Shown one piece after another: positions 58,402 to 64,000 of a DNA stretch of 64,000 nucleotides. Within the stretch, counting starts at the first letter, position 1. Each line of letters starts with the position of its first letter. The stretch spans positions 4,512,001-4,576,000 of the forward strand of contig OZ252098.1 in the NCBI GenBank assembly GCA_965248355.1, written 5' to 3'. Source of the stretch: Candidatus Latescibacterota bacterium (lineage in GTDB: Bacteria; Latescibacterota; UBA2968; UBA8231). Below the pieces are notes generated by a model. The model was not told the origin of the DNA, ran no database searches, and saw only the letters and a list, made by a program, of their open reading frames with translations. Made by a program: the position numbers and the translations under genes.

Positions 58402-59838
58402 ATGACCGAGCGGCCCAACATCCTCTTCATCCTCACCGACGACCAGGGTCCCTGGGCCCTCGGCTGCGCCGGCAACGACGAAATCCGCACCCCCGGCCTC
58501 GACCGCATCGCCGCCGCCGGGGTCCGCTTCGAGCACTTCCTCTGCGCCTCGCCCGTCTGCTCGCCGAGCCGCGCCAGCTTCCTCACCGGCCGCATGCCGT
58601 CCCAGCACGGCGTCCACGACTGGATCCGTGAGGGCAACGTCGGCGACGGCGCCGCCCGCTACCTCGAAGGGGAGACGGCCTGCACCGACGTCCTCGCCGC
58701 CCACGGGTACAAGGTGGGGCTGTCGGGCAAGTGGCACCTCGGTCACAGCCAGCTCGTCCAGCACGGGTTCTCGCACTGGTACGTCCACCAGCGCGGCGGC
58801 GGCGACTACAACCGCCCCCCGATGGTGCGCGACGGGCAGCTGGTGACCGAGGACGGCTACGTGACCAACCTGATCACCGACGACGCCCTCGCCTTCCTCG
58901 ACGCCCACGCCGGAGGCCCCGAGCCCTTCTACCTCGGCGTCCACTACACGGCGCCGCACTCGCCGTGGACCGGCCACCCCCAGGCCATCGTCGACTCCTA
59001 CGACGACTGCCCCTTCGACACCTGCCCCCAGGAGCCGATCCACGAGTGGGCCCGGGGTCACGGGCTGTCCGAGAACTGCCTCGGCAACCGCGAGATGCTC
59101 AAGGGCTACTTCGCCGCGGTCACCGCCATGGACGCCGACGTGGTGCGCCTCCTCGACCGGCTGCAGGCCCTGGGTCTGCGCGAGCGGACCATGGTCGTGT
59201 TCGCCAGCGACAACGGCTTCAGCTGCGGCCACCACGGGTTCTGGGGCAAGGGCAACGGCACCTTTCCCTTGAACATGTACGAGAACTCGGTGACCGTGCC
59301 CTTCCTCGTGAGCCAGCCCGGACGGGTGCCCCAGGGCGTCGTCGAGCCCGGCCTGTTCAGCGCCTGCGACCTCTTCCCGACCCTGCTGGAGCACGCGGGT
59401 CTGCCCGAGCCGGACGACGGGGGAGGGGGACGTTCGGGCAGGAGCTTCTCCGGCCTGCTGGGAACGGGGGCGGACGCTGGCGGGACCGAGGGCCGCGAGG
59501 CCGTGGTCGTCGACGGCAGCCGCTGCGCCGAGTACGGCGCCTCGCGCATGGTCCGCACCCGGGACTGGAAGTACGTCGACCGCGGCGAGGAGCTGCCGGC
59601 GGAGCTGTATCATCTAGAGGAGGACCCCGGCGAGCGCGCCAACCTGGCCGGCGACGCGGGCTATGCCGCCCGCCGCCGCGAGCTGCACGGTCTGCTGGAG
59701 GACTGGTTCCGCCGCCACGGCGCCGGCGGCGAGCGCGACGGCCGGAGGTGGGAGGTGACGGGCGCGGGGCAGCTGCGGCCGGTGGGCGGGGGGCGGGAGG
59801 GGTCCGGGGGGGCGGCTTTCGCGGGGCGGGGGCAGTGA
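58402..59838 (+). CDS. Cys-type formylglycine-dependent sulfatase
   Basis: PNILFILTDD, CSPSRASFLTG, GKWHLG, SDNG. Confidence 0.95.
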   Translation: MTERPNILFILTDDQGPWALGCAGNDEIRTPGLDRIAAAGVRFEHFLCASPVCSPSRASFLTGRMPSQHGVHDWIREGNVGDGAARYLEGETACTDVLAAHGYKVGLSGKWHLGHSQLVQHGFSHWYVHQRGGGDYNRPPMVRDGQLVTEDGYVTNLITDDALAFLDAHAGGPEPFYLGVHYTAPHSPWTGHPQAIVDSYDDCPFDTCPQEPIHEWARGHGLSENCLGNREMLKGYFAAVTAMDADVVRLLDRLQALGLRERTMVVFASDNGFSCGHHGFWGKGNGTFPLNMYENSVTVPFLVSQPGRVPQGVVEPGLFSACDLFPTLLEHAGLPEPDDGGGGRSGRSFSGLLGTGADAGGTEGREAVVVDGSRCAEYGASRMVRTRDWKYVDRGEELPAELYHLEEDPGERANLAGDAGYAARRRELHGLLEDWFRRHGAGGERDGRRWEVTGAGQLRPVGGGREGSGGAAFAGRGQ

Positions 59839-59888
59839 GGGCGGAGCGCGAATGCGTGGCACTGTACAGGTAGAGGATCGCTACATCC

Positions 59889-60308
59889 TCATGCTACCGC
59901 CAATTGCTCCATCTCCACATGCATCCCAGTTTGCTCGCCCTTGTTCCTGTCAGCAGAGTCCGCGGGAGGCCCTGAGGATTGCAGCCGGCGCATAGGGATT
60001 TCGCCATCGGGTTCCAAGCGGTATAGGCAAAGCGCCCCCAGGCCGCTTTCCATGTCAATTGCCTGGTCCATCCCCTGATGTAGTTTCGCCGGCAAGGGGA
60101 TCTCCGACTCGAATTCCAGCTTGGCCTCTATGTAGTCATCAAAAGCAACGTCAAGATTCGCCATCGCTTCAACGCAGGTTGATCCATCTGTCTTGCATCC
60201 AGGAAGTTCTTCAATCCACGCGACCCAGTAGTGCTCACCATCCTCCTGCCGCAGTTCTGCCCTCCGGGCATAGGGGAGGGCGCGGTAGTAATTCAGATCC
60301 TTGGCCAT
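59889..60308 (-). CDS. hicB: HicB-like antitoxin
   Basis: YWVAWIEELPGCKTDGST..EA..N...A...YIE......IPLP. Confidence 0.85.
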   Translation of the reverse strand: MAKDLNYYRALPYARRAELRQEDGEHYWVAWIEELPGCKTDGSTCVEAMANLDVAFDDYIEAKLEFESEIPLPAKLHQGMDQAIDMESGLGALCLYRLEPDGEIPMRRLQSSGPPADSADRNKGEQTGMHVEMEQLAVA

Positions 60309-60327
60309 GTAGATGCTCCTCTTGAGG

Positions 60328-60574
60328 TTAAGGCTGGGGGCAGTGCACCGAATCGATTAGACCAATTGCCTCCCGTACAACCCAGGCCCGAATCTTCCGG
60401 TGTCTCGGTACTGAGATGGTCAGGCTTGGGTAACTCTCGTGTTCATACGACTGTGTGTTTCCTGCCCTCCCTGAATCGAAAACCGTGAGCTTGAAGAAGG
60501 GTCTCGATGTCTCGCTCTGTGTGTCCATGCGGGGACCGCCGCATTCTCTCCAGAATCTTGTCCGCACTCGGCAT
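60328..60574 (-). pseudogene. hicA: HicA-like toxin, frameshifted by one extra base at about 60448
   Basis: GGAGG before ATG 60574; MPSADKILERMRRSP...LLQAHGFRFREGRKHTV then, in another frame, YEHESYPSLTISVPRHRKIRAWVVREAI. Confidence 0.8.
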
Positions 60575-60586
60575 GCCTCCAAGCCA

Positions 60587-60964
60587 TCACTTGGCCAGGG
60601 AAGCACTGATCGGCACAGTACCAATGTGACGACCATCTACTGTGACTACGAATTCGTATTGGCCAGGCTTCGGGAATGGTAATCGCTGGATGGTCAGTGA
60701 CATCTCAGTAGCTCTCAGGTCCTGAGTGAACTCAAAACCACCGGATACGGTCTCTCCGATCTGCCGGTGGTCGGCATCAACGAACCGTAGTTCCATCTGA
60801 TGCTGTCCAAGTTCCGAGGCATCACCCTCCATTCTCACAAGCAGGGACAGGCCCGGGTGATTAAACGGAAATCCCTCTGCAGTGATATTCGTGAAGGTGC
60901 CAATTATGTTGTTCTTGCCCTGAGATCCCGGCACAATTGCATCGGCTACGAGGCCATATCTCAT
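60587..60964 (-). CDS. DUF6941-like all-beta hypothetical protein
   Basis: ADA....GKNNIIGTF...FP...LPFPKPGQYEFVVTVDG; start at 60964 or 60970. Confidence 0.65.
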   Translation of the reverse strand: MRYGLVADAIVPGSQGKNNIIGTFTNITAEGFPFNHPGLSLLVRMEGDASELGQHQMELRFVDADHRQIGETVSGGFEFTQDLRATEMSLTIQRLPFPKPGQYEFVVTVDGRHIGTVPISASLAK

Positions 60965-61002
60965 GTACACAGCCTTAGGCCTCCACGCTTATGGTCGTCA
61001 GG

Positions 61003-61075
61003 CTGCACGGATGTGCAGTTTTTGGAGGTTACAGTGCGCAGAAATCCCGCGCAAGGTGCACGGTTGAGCAGTTTT
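61003..61075. promoter_or_regulatory. Pair of operator-like 19-bp direct repeats
   Basis: TGCACGGATGTGCAGTTTT (61004-61022) and TGCACGGTTGAGCAGTTTT (61057-61075); the first overlaps the palindrome CTGCAC-N4-GTGCAG. Confidence 0.55.
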
Positions 61076-61298
61076 CATTGACTTCTCCTGGGCCTCTGAC
61101 CTACCGGGTCCCGCGCTGTGTCTGCGGCACTCGCTGGCGGTTTCCTGGCAACCACGATCGCCTGGAGTGAAGCCGGCATAGGAATTGCCCTGGCAGCGAT
61201 GGAGGCCGGCTGACCGACACCCTCGCGGCGCATCCGGCGCCCAGGCGGCCAAGACATATCTTCCCATTCTCGTCCCCCCTGGAGGTGCCCACTCGACT

Positions 61299-61610
61299 AT
61301 GGATAGCATCTACCTGATCGTTCTGCAGGAGCCCTCCGAATACGCTCGGGGCAGGTTGGCTCAGGCCTGGACCACCGAGTACGTGATCGATGGTCGTACC
61401 CCCCTCGTTCCTACCCCACCGTCCGGAGGAGCGCCCGAGCAGAGGATCCGTCGCCTGGAGACGCAACTGGCAACTCTCGAGGAGCGATCAAGGCACATGC
61501 CGACCAAGGCGTGGGTGTTGGCGGGAGTCCTGGGTGGCATGGCGATCTCGGCTGGGATGGCTACCGCCATCGCCCTGACCGTGGTGAGGTTGTTCTGGAA
61601 CTCGAACTGA
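61299..61610 (+). CDS. Small coiled-coil protein with C-terminal TM anchor
   Basis: GGAGGT upstream; RIRRLETQLATLEER, then hydrophobic WVLAGVLGG...ALTVVRLF. Confidence 0.55.
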   Translation: MDSIYLIVLQEPSEYARGRLAQAWTTEYVIDGRTPLVPTPPSGGAPEQRIRRLETQLATLEERSRHMPTKAWVLAGVLGGMAISAGMATAIALTVVRLFWNSN

Positions 61611-61828
61611 CCTACAGGCTTGGCCTTACCGAGGCCCATGTCGACGGCCTGCCAGCCTTGCGGGAATATACATTTGTGCAGTAGATTCAGTTTGTCGTAG
61701 GGGTGGCAGAGAAGACACGGTACTTGCCCGTTCGGCTTTCCTGCTGCCGGACTTGACCCTCCCCCCAGATTTGGGGTAAGGTTTCGCGCCGTCCCCCTTT
61801 CCCTTGGGTAGGCCTTCAGACCTTGAGC

Positions 61829-63010
61829 ATGCCGCCCTCCGAGGTCTATCTCGACAACAACGCCACGACCCCGCCCCTGCCGGAGGTCCGCGCCGCGGTG
61901 CTCAGTGCCCTCGGCGCCTTCGGCAATCCTTCCAGCAGCCACGAAGCCGGCGAGCGAGCCCGCGGGCAGCTGCGCGAGGCCCGATCCTCGCTGGCCTCCC
62001 TTCTCGGATGCGACCCTGCCTCGATCATCTTCACCAGCGGCGCCACCGAGGCGAACAACACCGTCATTCGTCACTTCTCCGGGCCGGGCCGGCGGATCGT
62101 GTCCACCACGGCCGAGCACTCCTCCGTCCTCGCCGCCCTCGAAGGGAGGGCCCGGGAGGGCACGGAGGTCGTGCTGCTCCCCGTCGGGCGCAGCGGCCTC
62201 ATCGATCCCGACGACCTGCGGAGGGCGATCGCCGAGGAGACCGCCCTGGTCTCGGTTCAGTGGGTCAACAGCGAGACGGGAGTCAAACAGCCGGTCGAGG
62301 TGATCGGGCGGTGGTGCGCGGAGGCGGGGATTCCCTTCCACACGGACGCCGCGCAGGCGGTGGGCAAGCTGCCGGTGTCGCTTGGAGATCTGCCCATCGA
62401 CTACGCGTCGATTGCCGGCCACAAGTTCCACGCTCCCGTGGGTGTCGGCGCCCTGTACGTCAGGGACGGTGCTCCACTCCAGGGCCTCCTGGAGGGCGGC
62501 GCCCAGGAGTCCGGCCTGCGGGCCGGCACCGAGAACGTGCCGGGGATCGCGGGGATGGGCTGCGCGGCGAGGCTCCGTGCCGGTGCCCTGGAGGAGGCGA
62601 TCACCCGGCTCTGGGGTCTGCGCGACCGCCTCGAGAGGGAGACCATCGATCGCTGCGGCGGCGTGACCGTGAACGGTGATGCCCGGACCCGTGTGTGCAA
62701 CACCACGAACCTGCTTTTCCACGGGGTGGACGGGGAGGCCTTGGTGGCGCGGCTGGATCAGCGCGGGATCCGTTGCTCGCAGAGTTCGGCGTGCACCAAC
62801 CAGCGGCCCGAGCCGTCCCACGTGCTGCGGGCCATGGGACTCTCCGAGGAGGAGGCGTACGGGAGCGTCCGCTTCAGTCTCTCCGTGCTCAACGACGAGG
62901 AGGATGTGGCGGCTGCCTGCGCAACCGTGGAGGAGGAGGTGAGCCGGATCCGGGCGTTCTCCGGCTGGAAGGGGGCGGACCGGATGGAGCTGTCGGAGGT
63001 GGCCGAGTGA
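61829..63010 (+). CDS. Cysteine desulfurase (IscS/DndA/SspA-like)
   Basis: YLDNNATT, GNPSS, FTSGATE, HTDAAQ, GHKFH, GTENV, SSAC. Confidence 0.95.
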   Translation: MPPSEVYLDNNATTPPLPEVRAAVLSALGAFGNPSSSHEAGERARGQLREARSSLASLLGCDPASIIFTSGATEANNTVIRHFSGPGRRIVSTTAEHSSVLAALEGRAREGTEVVLLPVGRSGLIDPDDLRRAIAEETALVSVQWVNSETGVKQPVEVIGRWCAEAGIPFHTDAAQAVGKLPVSLGDLPIDYASIAGHKFHAPVGVGALYVRDGAPLQGLLEGGAQESGLRAGTENVPGIAGMGCAARLRAGALEEAITRLWGLRDRLERETIDRCGGVTVNGDARTRVCNTTNLLFHGVDGEALVARLDQRGIRCSQSSACTNQRPEPSHVLRAMGLSEEEAYGSVRFSLSVLNDEEDVAAACATVEEEVSRIRAFSGWKGADRMELSEVAE

Positions 63011-63912
63011 GGTTCGGAGGACACGAGACCTTCCCCGTCCGGGAGGGGTGGCTGCACAAGGGGCTGAAGCTGGTGGCCGAGGAGCCCGACAAACTCGGCG
63101 ACAAGCATGTCGCCGACTGGCTCGGAGTAGGGCGAAACATGGCCAAGTCCATTCGACACTGGCTGCTGGCGACGGGCCTGTGCGAGCAAGTCGATGGAGG
63201 TAGACCCCGCAAGAGCGCGAAGCTGCAACCCACCGACCTGGGCCACCTCGTCTGGGACCGCGACCCCTACTTCACGGACATCGGCACCTGGTGGGCGCTG
63301 CACGTGAACCTGATCAGCAGCCCGGCCCACGCCCTCACCTGGGATTGGTTCTTCAACAACTTCAAGCTGCAGCGCTTCGACAAGGCGGTGTGCATCGACA
63401 GCCTGCAACGGTACCTGCAGATGCAGCGAGGCCGGATCCCGAGTCCCCGCACCCTCGACCGCGACACGAGCTGTCTGCTGCTGAGCTATTCGAGAAGCAT
63501 CCCCGACCGGAGAGTCGATCCGGAGGAGGCGCAGGAGTCACCCTTCACCGAGCTGGGCCTGCTCGCCCACTACCGCACGAGCGGCTACTACGAGGTCAAC
63601 CGGGGGCCGAAGGCGATCCCCGCGCACATCCTCTGCTACTCCCTGGCCAAGGCCTTTCAGGGCGAGGCCCACGACGGCCCCATCCAGGCCCCGGTGCAGG
63701 AGGCGTCATGGCAGCGGGGCGGTCCGGGCAACGCCTTCTGCATGACGGCCGAGGACCTGTACGAGACGGCCGTGCTGGCGGAGCAGGCTCAGGTTGGTCT
63801 CGAAATCCAGGGACTGGCGGGGGAACGAAGACTCGTCGTGGAGCGGCGGGATGAGATCGACTGGCTCGAAGCGTACTACACGAGTGAGGGATTGAGTCGC
63901 CATGCCGCGTAG
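63007..63912 (+). CDS. DUF4007 family protein (SspB-like nickase of ssDNA phosphorothioation systems)
   Basis: FGGHETFPVREGWLHKG, LGVGRNMAKSIRHWL, DPYF...TWWALH, SPFTELGL; GTGA overlap with the desulfurase. Confidence 0.88.
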   Translation: MRFGGHETFPVREGWLHKGLKLVAEEPDKLGDKHVADWLGVGRNMAKSIRHWLLATGLCEQVDGGRPRKSAKLQPTDLGHLVWDRDPYFTDIGTWWALHVNLISSPAHALTWDWFFNNFKLQRFDKAVCIDSLQRYLQMQRGRIPSPRTLDRDTSCLLLSYSRSIPDRRVDPEEAQESPFTELGLLAHYRTSGYYEVNRGPKAIPAHILCYSLAKAFQGEAHDGPIQAPVQEASWQRGGPGNAFCMTAEDLYETAVLAEQAQVGLEIQGLAGERRLVVERRDEIDWLEAYYTSEGLSRHAA

Positions 63913-64000
63913 GAAGACCGTGGCGAGCGACTTGCTTCCCGCGACGTGAGAACCGAAGAGGCGCTCGATGGCTAGTGGTTCATCCAGGTAACAATGCTGG

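Noticed and set aside
61829..63010. Housekeeping iscS/nifS of Fe-S assembly
   Set aside because: No iscU, iscR or suf genes adjacent; coupling to DUF4007 favours a DNA-modification role

Overview
High-GC bacterial chromosomal window with about 55 protein-coding genes. No rRNA, tRNA or CRISPR array was seen. The dockerin/EF-hand surface protein, the many sulfatase, PhyH and Gfo/Idh/MocA genes and the TA modules resemble Latescibacterota-like genomes (inference only). Main blocks: (i) catabolic and accessory genes at 0-28 kb, with crcB, a HEPN/MNT pair and a gene-length duplication of a beta-helix protein; (ii) an accessory cassette at 28.7-31.8 kb (APH-like kinase, MNT, HEPN, a 4x23-bp repeat array, AAA/DUF4143 ATPase-nuclease), codon-coupled between nuoN and yiaK; (iii) an 11-subunit complex I-like operon (nuoABCDHIJKLMN, no nuoEFG) with an IS630 inserted exactly in the nuoD stop codon; (iv) mazG, an orphan parA, two divergent sensor-less sigma54 activators, DUF4954, nagB, an atypical ACP, a Re-citrate synthase-like enzyme and ferritin; (v) a lower-GC defence-like island from about 59.9 kb with DUF6941-hicA (frameshifted)-hicB and the start of an Ssp-type DNA phosphorothioation cluster. 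The best candidate for an undescribed system is the MNT-HEPN-repeat array-AAA/DUF4143 cassette. Other notable items are an HxG (halogenase-type) PhyH protein, a Thr-type sulfatase-like protein and repeated leaderless-promoter architecture. Family calls come from motif recognition, not database searches.
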